This document shows, piece after piece, positions 55,727 to 64,000 of a DNA stretch of 64,000 bases. Both the position numbers and the translations under genes were made by a program. The stretch is from contig DAIQMY010000003.1 of NCBI GenBank assembly GCA_036788695.1, positions 6,682-70,681 of the forward strand. The letters are read 5' to 3'. Under the pieces are notes generated by a model. That model was not told the origin of the DNA. It did no database searches and worked only from the letters and a program-made list of their open reading frames with translations. The stretch comes from Candidatus Levyibacteriota bacterium. GTDB lineage: Bacteria; Patescibacteriota; Microgenomatia; Levybacterales; GWA1-39-11. Positions within the stretch are counted from its first letter, which is position 1. Each line of letters starts with the position of its first letter.

Positions 55727-55918
55727 TTATTGAATTATTAATTTTAACAGTTCAGCAAACAAAAAGTCTGCGATTCCTAAATATATGCCCACAAATATGC
55801 TTATCGCAATAACTACTGCAGTAAGATGCACAATCTCAGTTCTACTTGGCCATGCAACCTGCATAAGTTCAGCCTGTACTTGTTTTAAGAACGTGAGCAT
55901 ATAAAACTCAAATCTCAA
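55727..55918 (-). CDS. secE: preprotein translocase subunit SecE
   Basis: 63-aa single-TM protein directly upstream of nusG (canonical secE-nusG linkage); amphipathic N-terminus plus TM LTAVVIAISIFVGIYLGIADF. Confidence 0.75.
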   Translation of the reverse strand: MRFEFYMLTFLKQVQAELMQVAWPSRTEIVHLTAVVIAISIFVGIYLGIADFLFAELLKLIIQ

Positions 55919-56065
55919 ATCGGCAATCTATCTAGCTTGGAAACTACAATCTGAGGTTGAGAACTTAATTTTATCATACATTACTTAGCCTTGTAAAGTG
56001 TGTATTGTTATCTGTCTTATTTGATGTTTGACAAATTTTCTGTAAAAATCTACAATTGCATAATA

Positions 56066-56959
56066 ATGTCTAAAATAAGAAAAGCAGTTATCCCCGCGGC
56101 TGGCTTCGGAACACGTTTCCTTCCACAGACGAAAGCAATGCCTAAAGAAATGTTGCCCATAGTAGATAAGCCGATTATTCAATATATTGTTGAAGAATTG
56201 GTGAATGCGGGTATTACAGATATAATTTTAGTGACAGGTTATCACAAGCGCACGATTGAGGATCATTTTGATGCTGCAAACCTAGATCTTATTGAAAATT
56301 TACGTATGGGGGGAGAGAAAAAACGCCCTCTTTTAGAAGAGATTGAAAAAATTTCTGGTATGGCGAATTTTATTTATGTTCGGCAAAAAGGTCCATATGG
56401 AAATGGAACACCTCTTATGAATGTACGTCATATTGTTGGAAATGAACCGTTTATCTACGCCTTCTCAGACGATTTTATTCACGCAGCCCCTAAATCCCGC
56501 TTTCAACAATTAGTAGAGCTATATGATGAGTTTGAGTGCTCAATTCTTTCCTCAATTAGGGCAGAAAAAGAAGTAGATTATGATAGATATGGTTTTGCGG
56601 GTGGAGATGAGATTCGACCTGGAATAATTTCCGCTAAAGTAATTATTGAAAAACCAGGAATGGAAGCTGCCCCTTCAGACTTAGCAAATGTTAGCTCAAC
56701 AGTTTTATCTCCTGAAATTTTTAACTATTTAGATCGTGCATCTGAAAATTTAAAGGATGGAGACGAGCTATACTATAATGATGCCCTAAAACTCATGATT
56801 GAGGACGGCAGAAAAGTAATAGCAGCTGAAATTACGGGTGGAAAATATTATGATACAGGGAATAAACTGGAGTACATGAAAACAGTTGTTGAGTTTGCGC
56901 TTGAACACCCTGAAATTAATGGTAAATTCCGCGAGTTTCTAAAGGGTCTTGATTTATAA
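56066..56959 (+). CDS. galU: UTP--glucose-1-phosphate uridylyltransferase
   Basis: KAVIPAAGFGTRFLPQTKAMPKEMLPIVDKPIIQY is the GalU N-terminal signature; start set at the Met preceding it (the ORF track begins 22 codons earlier at 56000). Confidence 0.85.
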   Translation: MSKIRKAVIPAAGFGTRFLPQTKAMPKEMLPIVDKPIIQYIVEELVNAGITDIILVTGYHKRTIEDHFDAANLDLIENLRMGGEKKRPLLEEIEKISGMANFIYVRQKGPYGNGTPLMNVRHIVGNEPFIYAFSDDFIHAAPKSRFQQLVELYDEFECSILSSIRAEKEVDYDRYGFAGGDEIRPGIISAKVIIEKPGMEAAPSDLANVSSTVLSPEIFNYLDRASENLKDGDELYYNDALKLMIEDGRKVIAAEITGGKYYDTGNKLEYMKTVVEFALEHPEINGKFREFLKGLDL

Positions 56960-57033
56960 ATAGACAAATAAATCAATAATTATTTGACTTTTTCGTATAA
57001 TCCCCACTATACCCATTTTATAATACCTTCTAA

Positions 57034-58755
57034 ATGTACGTATTGTATAATAAGTTTATGAACGCACAACAAGATATTTTATTTGCCTTATCAGATACAA
57101 TCGCTCAACTGAATGAAAAGATAACGGTGGAGCTTGATATACCTGAAAATTATACAAACGGAGATTATTCAACAAGTATTGCGCTCAAGCTTTCAAAAAA
57201 ACTAGGTAAATCTCCGCGTGAAGTTGCAGAAGATATTAAGCAAAAAATAGAAGAGCGGAAGATTTCCGCACTTGAGAGAATTGAGATAGCCGGTCCTGGT
57301 TTTATTAATTTTTACCTCTCAAAAGAGTACTTAGTCACAAACTTAAATTTGATTAGGGAACAAAAAGATAGATTTGGAGAATCAGATAAGCTTCAAAAAG
57401 TTAAAATAATGGTAGAGTTCACCGATCCGAATCCGCTCAAAGAATTTCATATAGGACACTTATATAGTAATGTGGTAGGGGAGAGTATATCCCGTCTTTT
57501 AGAATCTCAGGGAGCGGTGGTTATGCGTGCTTGTTATCAAGGAGACGTTGGAATGCATGTAGCAAAAGCTCTTTTTGGCATTATGAGCTTAGGGCTTCAA
57601 ATAGACGAGATGCAAGGCAAGTCACTTCTTGCAAGAGCAAAATTCTTAGGGGAAGCATATGCGCTCGGTGCTAAAAAATACGAAGAAAATGATGAAATAA
57701 AAGATGAGATCAGGGAACTAAATAAAAAAATATATAGTCATGATTCTGAGGTGTACCCATTATATGAACAGGTAAAGGAGTGGAGTCTTTTGTATTTTGA
57801 AAAGATGTATGAGAGGTTGGGTACAAAATATGAAAAATATTATTTTGAGTCAAAAGTAGGTGAGGAGGGAATAAAAATTGTCAAAGAAAACTTGGGGAGA
57901 GTCTTCAGGGAAGATAATGGTGCAATAATCTTTCCAAAAGAAAAGTCAGGCCTTCACACTCGTGTTTTCATAAATTCACAAGGTCTTCCAACATACGAGG
58001 CTAAAGAACTAGGGTTGGCTCCTAGAAAATATGAGGATTTTCACTATGACCAATCAATCATTATTACGGGGAATGAAATAAATGAGTATTTCAAGGTGCT
58101 CCTCAAGGCACTTTCTCTCATAAGACCTGATCTTGCAGAAAAAACAATACATATATCTCACGGTATGGTACGTCTTCCAAGCGGAAAGATGTCCAGTAGA
58201 ACTGGAGATGTTATCACCTGTGAGTGGCTGCTGGATGAGACAAAGCAGAAATTAAAAGACGCGCATACGGAGATGAGTGAAGATGTTTCAGAGAAGCTTA
58301 CTATTGGGGCAGTAAAATACGCACTTTTAAAAGTTGGGATTGGATCTGACATTACCTTTTCTTTTGAGGAGTCAATTAATCTTCATGGAAACTCCGGTCC
58401 ATATATTCAATATGTTTATGCCAGAACACAAAACGTTTTAGATAAGTTTGAAAAAAGTGAATATGAAGTAACATATCCAAATGCACTTATGATTGAAGAA
58501 AAAGAAGTATTAGGGAAGCTAATCCATTTTCCTGAGGTTGTAGAGAGGGCAGCTGCATCATTTTCTCCAAGTATGCTTAGTACATATTTGTATGACTTGT
58601 CTCAGCTATTTAATGTATTCTACGAAAAATATAGAATATACCAAGAAGAAGATGCTGCCGTTCAAAACTTCAGACGCGCGCTTACTGAAGTAACAGGATA
58701 TGTTCTGCGAAATGGTTTGCACTTATTAGGTATTAATGCACCATCAAAGATATAA
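57034..58755 (+). CDS. argS: arginine--tRNA ligase
   Basis: HIGH motif (FHIGHLYSN), ArgRS-specific anticodon-binding DALR region (YIQYVYARTQNVL); alternative start at Met-9 (57058) lies 6 nt after a TATAAT hexamer, i.e. possibly leaderless. Confidence 0.85.
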   Translation: MYVLYNKFMNAQQDILFALSDTIAQLNEKITVELDIPENYTNGDYSTSIALKLSKKLGKSPREVAEDIKQKIEERKISALERIEIAGPGFINFYLSKEYLVTNLNLIREQKDRFGESDKLQKVKIMVEFTDPNPLKEFHIGHLYSNVVGESISRLLESQGAVVMRACYQGDVGMHVAKALFGIMSLGLQIDEMQGKSLLARAKFLGEAYALGAKKYEENDEIKDEIRELNKKIYSHDSEVYPLYEQVKEWSLLYFEKMYERLGTKYEKYYFESKVGEEGIKIVKENLGRVFREDNGAIIFPKEKSGLHTRVFINSQGLPTYEAKELGLAPRKYEDFHYDQSIIITGNEINEYFKVLLKALSLIRPDLAEKTIHISHGMVRLPSGKMSSRTGDVITCEWLLDETKQKLKDAHTEMSEDVSEKLTIGAVKYALLKVGIGSDITFSFEESINLHGNSGPYIQYVYARTQNVLDKFEKSEYEVTYPNALMIEEKEVLGKLIHFPEVVERAAASFSPSMLSTYLYDLSQLFNVFYEKYRIYQEEDAAVQNFRRALTEVTGYVLRNGLHLLGINAPSKI

Positions 58756-58767
58756 GTCTGTCACGAG

Positions 58768-59160
58768 TTACTCGCGGTTTCTTGGGTATTTAAGATAATT
58801 TCTATAACCTTCGTAGGTGTGGATTCCTAATTCAAGCATTTTAAGAGATGTAAGACACGCATTTCTGTAGATATGAGTTGTAGATAAACGTTTATATCCT
58901 GCGTCTGAGAACGGTGAATACAGTTTTTCTCGACCTTTTTGTATGTCCAAGTATGCATCCCGTATGTCAATAGACCGCCAGGGTGTATTTGGATATTCGG
59001 TTGTTTTAAATTTCTTTAATTCAGAATAGAGTATTTTTGATAATGTGAGCTGCAGTGTGGGTGATAGCTTTCCCTTAAGTATTTTGTTCTGAACAACTTC
59101 AATAGATACTTGAAAAATAGGATCTGATTCTATGGCGCCTTTTCTTTCTGGACCAGACAT
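58768..59160 (-). CDS. hypothetical protein
   Basis: 130-aa ORF convergent with argS; no motif recognised. Confidence 0.4.
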   Translation of the reverse strand: MSGPERKGAIESDPIFQVSIEVVQNKILKGKLSPTLQLTLSKILYSELKKFKTTEYPNTPWRSIDIRDAYLDIQKGREKLYSPFSDAGYKRLSTTHIYRNACLTSLKMLELGIHTYEGYRNYLKYPRNRE

Positions 59161-59249
59161 ATTAGAACTATAACATCTTATAATAAATTTTGCAAACTCA
59201 TTGAAAGATACGAGGCTATATGAGATAATATGAGCCTTCCCATAAAGTT

Positions 59250-60521
59250 ATGAACTATACAAAACATACTCTATCGAATGGCTTACAAGTAATTTTAGTA
59301 CCGATTCAAGAAGTTGAGTCGGCAACCACCTTGGTGTTAGTAGGAGCAGGTTCCAGGTATGAAAATAAGAAAAACAGTGGAATTTCTCATTTTCTTGAAC
59401 ACATGGCCTTTAAGGGTACAAAAAACAGGCCAACGGCTCGTGAAATTTCTTCAGTGATAGACGGTATAGGTGCGGAAAGCAACGCATTTACAGGCAAGGA
59501 AATAACTGGATATTACATTAAATCATCATCAGAACATGTTGACTTATCATTGGATATTTTGTCAGACATGCTCGCAAATCTCTTGCTTGATCCCTCTGAA
59601 ATTGAAAAGGAAAAAGGTGTAATACTTGAGGAGATAAATCTATACGAAGATACACCATCACGTAAAATTGGAGACATTTTTGAGGATTTACTGTACGGAG
59701 ATGTTCCTATGGGGTGGGACATATCAGGAGACAAGAAAGTAATAAAGTCTGTTAAGCGTGAGGATTTTACAGAATATATGAAGACGTTATATTCTGCTGA
59801 TAATATGGTGGTAGTTGTTGCGGGAAAGTATGATAAGGGAACTATACTTTCAGAGATTGATAAGCGCTTCAGCGTGTTGCCACAGTTTAAAACTGCAGGG
59901 TTTGAAAGGGTTGAAGAAGTACAGGATGGATCAAAAGTTTTACTCAAGCATAAAAAAACAGAACAGTCTCATTTTGCATTGGGAGTAAGAACGGTAGGGA
60001 TAGAGGATGATAAGGAGAATTATGTTTTAGGAGTCTTGGCATCTGTTCTTGGCGGAGGAATGAGTTCGCGATTATTCCATGAAGTACGTGAAAAACGTGG
60101 GCTTGCGTATTATGTACGTGCGTATTCTGAAAACTATAAAGACGTAGGGTACCTTGCTGCTTTTGCGGGAGTGGATAAAAACAGAATGGATGAGGCAATA
60201 GAAGTAGTTCGGGATGAGTTGTTAAAGATTTGCCAGGATGGTGAGATAACTGATGAAGAGTTAACAAAAGCAAAAGAGTATATGAAAGGGCATTTCATAC
60301 TAGATCTTGAGGATACTCGTTCTGTAGCCTCTCATTATTCAACTGACCTTATTTTAAAAGGTAAAATGGAGAATCCTGATGAGGTTCTAAAAAATATAGA
60401 TGCAGTTACCCTAGATCAGGTGAAAAAGGCTGCATGTAAATATATTAAAAAAGAGCGCATGAACTTAGCTATTATTGGTGACTTTGAAGATAAATCCCGT
60501 TTTGAAAAACTTCTTGTTTAA
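59250..60521 (+). CDS. M16 family (insulinase/pitrilysin-like) zinc peptidase
   Basis: Inverted zinc motif HxxEH (SHFLEHMAFKGT) near the N-terminus, downstream conserved Glu region, two-domain size (423 aa). Confidence 0.85.
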   Translation: MNYTKHTLSNGLQVILVPIQEVESATTLVLVGAGSRYENKKNSGISHFLEHMAFKGTKNRPTAREISSVIDGIGAESNAFTGKEITGYYIKSSSEHVDLSLDILSDMLANLLLDPSEIEKEKGVILEEINLYEDTPSRKIGDIFEDLLYGDVPMGWDISGDKKVIKSVKREDFTEYMKTLYSADNMVVVVAGKYDKGTILSEIDKRFSVLPQFKTAGFERVEEVQDGSKVLLKHKKTEQSHFALGVRTVGIEDDKENYVLGVLASVLGGGMSSRLFHEVREKRGLAYYVRAYSENYKDVGYLAAFAGVDKNRMDEAIEVVRDELLKICQDGEITDEELTKAKEYMKGHFILDLEDTRSVASHYSTDLILKGKMENPDEVLKNIDAVTLDQVKKAACKYIKKERMNLAIIGDFEDKSRFEKLLV

Positions 60522-60564
60522 CTTACATTGATTTCAGGACTTTAGATATGGTACTGTAGATTTC

Positions 60565-61473
60565 ATGGATTCATTAGGGGAAGGTTCTTATGGTAGTTTT
60601 AGTACCGAATCGACCGGATACGAATTTAGCTTTATGGCTCGTGAAGTTGAGCTTATGCAGCGTGCAAGTAAAGATGTGGCAAAAGGACTAAATTGGACTG
60701 AGGGGGGAAGATTTAGTCTAGAGAGGAATAAGATGCGAGCAATAGTAGAGACAGCTACTCTTGAGTTAGAATATCCACAGCTAACACTCGTTCCTATGTT
60801 TCCGTCACTTTATAGGTATCTGAGAACGGAAGAGCTAAATAACGCGCTTACAAGAGGAGGAGAAACTATGTTGGTAGGGAGTGGTACAACTCTCTATGAA
60901 TCTCTTGCGATGACTGTGGAGCAACCCTCTCAAGGAAAAGTCGAAGAGGTATTTTCAGAATTTGGTCCAAAGATAAATTCTTTATTTGCAAGAAGAAAAA
61001 ATATATCAAACGGAGAGCAGCCTGTAAACAAGGTACCTCTCCTTCCTCATAGAATAGTTGCTTTTGAGCCGGATAAAAGGCAGACTTCAGGATTTGAACG
61101 AGCAAATCAATTTTTTAGTACAGATACAATAATAGAAAATAAACCTGCTCAGGAGAATATTGGCAAATTTTCGCATGAATCATTCCAAAATATCATGCTT
61201 AATAGATTAGATCCGGCAGTATTTAGTAGCAGTCCAAAATTTTTTGCAGACCTTATGCAGTTGGTAGAGCCAGGTGGGTCGCTTGTTGCAACAATTGGAA
61301 CAGGAAATAATCCCGAGGAGCTTACGTTGCGCAAAAATTTTCTAGATCAAATAGTCCAAGATTTTCCAAATGCTAGGATGCGTGAATCGTCTAAGCTTCC
61401 GCGTTTTGTAGGCACTGCTAAAAAAATATATGGACCTGAAATGATAGCACACGTGATAGGGAGGAAAAAATGA
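60565..61473 (+). CDS. hypothetical protein (operon partner of the EEP nuclease/phosphatase)
   Basis: 302-aa ORF whose stop overlaps the next gene's start (ATGA); no motif recognised. Confidence 0.45.
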   Translation: MDSLGEGSYGSFSTESTGYEFSFMAREVELMQRASKDVAKGLNWTEGGRFSLERNKMRAIVETATLELEYPQLTLVPMFPSLYRYLRTEELNNALTRGGETMLVGSGTTLYESLAMTVEQPSQGKVEEVFSEFGPKINSLFARRKNISNGEQPVNKVPLLPHRIVAFEPDKRQTSGFERANQFFSTDTIIENKPAQENIGKFSHESFQNIMLNRLDPAVFSSSPKFFADLMQLVEPGGSLVATIGTGNNPEELTLRKNFLDQIVQDFPNARMRESSKLPRFVGTAKKIYGPEMIAHVIGRKK

Positions 61474-62222
61474 AACTAAAAATAATAACCCTTAATATTT
61501 GGAGAGGGGAAGTGTATAAAGAGGCTATTGCATTTTTAATGCAAGAGAATCCTGATATTATCATGCTTCAGGAGGTATATAACGGAAAAGATAAAAATCT
61601 TCCAATCCCCTATAGGCTGTATAGCTTTCTTTCTGAAATGTTCCCCCGGCATTTTTCAATTTTCGGTGCACAATTTTGTGATATTACAGAATATGGGAAC
61701 ATAGAAGAAGGCAATGCTATTTTCTCAAAATTTCCGATTATATACTCTAAAAACACTTTTTTTGATATACCTTACTCAGTATTTGATAATCACGCAAAAG
61801 AACGATTTGATGATAATCCGCAAGCTATTCTCCAAGCAGAGTTAAAGCTTGGGGATAGTACTCTGAGCGCTTTTTGTGTGCATGGGGTTTGGGGGTTTGA
61901 CGGGAAGGATAACAAAAGAAGGTTTACTATGGCAGAGGTAATAAAAAGGGAGACTGCAGGGCACAAAAACACAATAATGGCAGGGGATTTTAATTTGGTA
62001 CACAACACAAAAGCTGTAGGGCAGATTACGGAAAATTTACAAAGCGTATTCAAAGATAGTCTAACTTCCACCTTTAACATGAAGTACAAAGATAACGGTG
62101 GATATGCGACTGCCGCGGTAGACATGGTATTTGTATCCCCGAATATTTCAGTGCTTGCGAAAAGTTGTCCTCAGGTAGACGTTTCAGACCATCTCCCCCT
62201 GGTTGTTACACTTGAATTATAA
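61470..62222 (+). CDS. endonuclease/exonuclease/phosphatase (EEP) family protein
   Basis: EEP motifs: LNIWRGE, IMLQEV, GDFNL, and the terminal SDHLPLVVTLEL. Confidence 0.8.
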   Translation: MKLKIITLNIWRGEVYKEAIAFLMQENPDIIMLQEVYNGKDKNLPIPYRLYSFLSEMFPRHFSIFGAQFCDITEYGNIEEGNAIFSKFPIIYSKNTFFDIPYSVFDNHAKERFDDNPQAILQAELKLGDSTLSAFCVHGVWGFDGKDNKRRFTMAEVIKRETAGHKNTIMAGDFNLVHNTKAVGQITENLQSVFKDSLTSTFNMKYKDNGGYATAAVDMVFVSPNISVLAKSCPQVDVSDHLPLVVTLEL

Positions 62223-62370
62223 TCCTATAGTTGAAAATTACACACTGTTATCGAAATCGGAATTTTTGAAGATATATTATTGACACCTTTTTAGTAGTTA
62301 CTAATTTAGAGGCATATCATTTAGGTAAGGGTATAAAATAAAAAAATGAAGACTGATTTACTTTTCCGGT

Positions 62371-63003
62371 CTATTCTTTCCCAATAATAACGAGTGCATC
62401 GCCACTTCCCGTGTAGTCTGCGGCTGCAGTCCCAACTGTGTATGTTGCGCCCAAGTCTTTCTTAAGAAGCGTTAAGAGGCTAGATTTTCCTGCTTTTACA
62501 TGTATTTCACTTTGTGCATAGTCTGATGTGTCAGCGTTTCCTACGGTACCAAGCGTGTATCCTAAGTCAGTTAGTTCATCTCCTGCTTTTTTTGCAGCTC
62601 CTGTTACACCGCTTCCGTTTTGAACTGCAACTGTTATAGTAGCTCGATCTATTCCGGTAGCCGTATCTTTAGTTGTTGTGTTCCCAGTTGTTTTTGTGGG
62701 CGTTGCAGCAGTGGTAGGTGTTACTTTTCCAGTTGGAGTAGGTGTAGTATCTTCCTCTGGTGTAGGAGTGGGTAAATCAGTTGGGGTTGGTTCCATTATT
62801 TGAGTAGGTGTTGGGGTTGGCTCACTGTTCATTGTGTCATCGCCCAAGAATTTTACTGCCCCAAATGCAATAAGACCCAGAATTATTAAAAGAATTATCA
62901 GGAACAACAGTTTTTTTCCGCGTCGTGAAGAGCTAGAAGATGAACTAGATGATGAAGTTGTTTCAGTGCTGAAGGGAGATTGTGAAAAAACAGATTCTTC
63001 CAT
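62371..63003 (-). CDS. membrane-anchored LytR_C (LytR/CpsA/Psr C-terminal) domain protein
   Basis: Ser-rich N-terminus, TM (LLFLIILLIILGLIAFGAV), T/P-rich linker, then the LytR_C-like domain (ITVAVQNGSGVTGAAKKAGDELTDLGYTLGTVGNA); start moved to MEES... because the ORF-track N-terminus (to 63162) would overlap ndk by 68 nt. Confidence 0.6.
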   Translation of the reverse strand: MEESVFSQSPFSTETTSSSSSSSSSSRRGKKLLFLIILLIILGLIAFGAVKFLGDDTMNSEPTPTPTQIMEPTPTDLPTPTPEEDTTPTPTGKVTPTTAATPTKTTGNTTTKDTATGIDRATITVAVQNGSGVTGAAKKAGDELTDLGYTLGTVGNADTSDYAQSEIHVKAGKSSLLTLLKKDLGATYTVGTAAADYTGSGDALVIIGKE

Positions 63004-63094
63004 GGGTAAAGTGGAGTATAGCATAACTTTAAAAAAAAGCAAGAACAGTAACATCTTTACATAAGCCAGTGTTTTCAGTACAATATACAGATTC

Positions 63095-63562
63095 ATGGAA
63101 AAAACAGTAGTATTAGTAAAACCAGACGGAGTGCAAAGAGGATTAATCGGCGAAATTATCACAAGATTTGAGAGAAAAGGTTTACGTCTTGCAGGTCTTA
63201 AGATGATTTCCTTAGGAGACGCAACGTTGGATGAGTGGTACGCTCACCACAAAGACAAGTCTTTTTTTCCTGATCTTAAATCTTACATGATGTCGTATCC
63301 AGTAGTGGCTATGCTTTGGGAAGGACTGGATTCTGCCGTTACAGTCAGGAAATTGATTGGAATTACTAAAGCCAGAGATGCAGAGCCTGGTACTATCCGT
63401 GGAGACTTTGCTATGTCTCAGCAGTACAATCTTATTCACGCCTCTGAATCAGTTGAAGCAGCCAGGAAAGAGGAAGCGCTTATCTTTACTGAAGATGAAG
63501 TATTTCAGTGGGTAAAAGAAGACTATAAGCAAGTATACGCCTCAGAGGAACACAAAAAGTAA
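63095..63562 (+). CDS. ndk: nucleoside diphosphate kinase
   Basis: MEKTVVLVKPDGVQRGLIGEIITRFERKGLRL, active-site NLIHASES (His), full-length 155 aa. Confidence 0.95.
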   Translation: MEKTVVLVKPDGVQRGLIGEIITRFERKGLRLAGLKMISLGDATLDEWYAHHKDKSFFPDLKSYMMSYPVVAMLWEGLDSAVTVRKLIGITKARDAEPGTIRGDFAMSQQYNLIHASESVEAARKEEALIFTEDEVFQWVKEDYKQVYASEEHKK

Positions 63563-63570
63563 TTACATCT

Positions 63571-64000
63571 TTATTTGTCAAGCTTGTCAATGTTACGCGT
63601 ATCGCTTAGCTTAAATTCTCCGACTTTTGTGCGTATTAATCTAGTAAGATATGCGCCCGTTTGAAGCATTTCACCCATATCCCGTGCGAGGGATCGTATG
63701 TAGACTCCAGTTTTACATGTAACCTTTATTTCAAGAATTGGATAGTTGTAGCTTATTATTTGAATATCTTTTATAAAAACTTTTCTTGCCTTCATCTCAG
63801 GCAAAAGGGGTTCTTTTGTTTTGTGCGTTGAAGAAGTTATCCTTGCCGCGCGGGCGTACTTGTATGCCTTACGACCGTTTATTCTAATAGCGCTATACAT
63901 GGAAGGTATTTGCATAGTTTCCCCGATAAATTTTTTTATACATTCCTTTATTTCTTTCTTAGTTGGAGTAGCTTTCGTGTTCAGATTTTTATTTTCATCT
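63571..64000 (-). CDS. truB: tRNA pseudouridine(55) synthase TruB, C-terminal part (N-terminus beyond window end)
   Basis: FIGETMQIPSMYSAIRINGRKAYKYAR ... VTCKTGVYIRSLARDMG matches the TruB catalytic-domain end and C-terminal region; the reading frame stays open to position 64000 (the ORF track Met at 63915 is internal). Confidence 0.8.
   Translation of the reverse strand, partial: DENKNLNTKATPTKKEIKECIKKFIGETMQIPSMYSAIRINGRKAYKYARAARITSSTHKTKEPLLPEMKARKVFIKDIQIISYNYPILEIKVTCKTGVYIRSLARDMGEMLQTGAYLTRLIRTKVGEFKLSDTRNIDKLDK

Noticed and set aside
63004-63162. N-terminal 53 residues of the ORF-track version of the LytR_C protein
   Set aside because: This would overlap ndk by 68 nt on the opposite strand and precede the obvious TM anchor; the internal Met (MEES...) gives a normal N-in single-pass topology
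1-64000. Integrative mobile element at the tRNA genes
   Set aside because: tRNA-adjacent repeats suggested an integrated element, but there is no integrase, recombinase, transposase or phage gene in the window. The duplicated segments are tRNA 5' ends arranged in tandem rather than a 3'-end direct repeat flanking an island

Overview
Low-GC (roughly 35-40%) bacterial window whose content looks like a Candidate Phyla Radiation / Patescibacteria-type genome. The conserved core genes are few and dispersed (rpmG, era, typA/bipA, rplK-rplA, nusG-secE, galU, argS, ndk, truB partial, rnhB), most other genes encode membrane or secreted proteins of unknown function, and there is one 2385-aa giant surface protein. 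I call about 70 CDS and 3 tRNAs (Tyr-GTA, Thr-GGT, Trp-CCA). I see no rRNA, no CRISPR array, no reverse transcriptase and no recognisable transposase or integrase. Worth a second look: (1) the giant beta-propeller/FN3 protein carries a large internal module duplication and is translationally coupled to a split MacB/FtsEX-like ABC transporter, followed by a rhodanese-like protein lacking the catalytic Cys; (2) three separate short tandem-repeat arrays each incorporate the terminus of a small conserved gene: the 5' end of tRNA-Tyr, the 3' end of rpmG and the 5' end of tRNA-Trp; (3) a cell-envelope modification cluster sits at the left end (LysM-M23 peptidase, polytopic membrane proteins, Zn-ribbon C-methyltransferase-like enzyme, beta-lactamase-like hydrolase); (4) a 553-aa orphan protein with degenerate LAGLIDADG-like motifs abuts the rpmG repeats; (5) tRNA-Tyr and tRNA-Thr have non-canonical T-loops, and ribosomal protein L1 has an N-terminal extension. 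All coordinates were derived by hand and may be off by 1-2 nt for non-CDS features.
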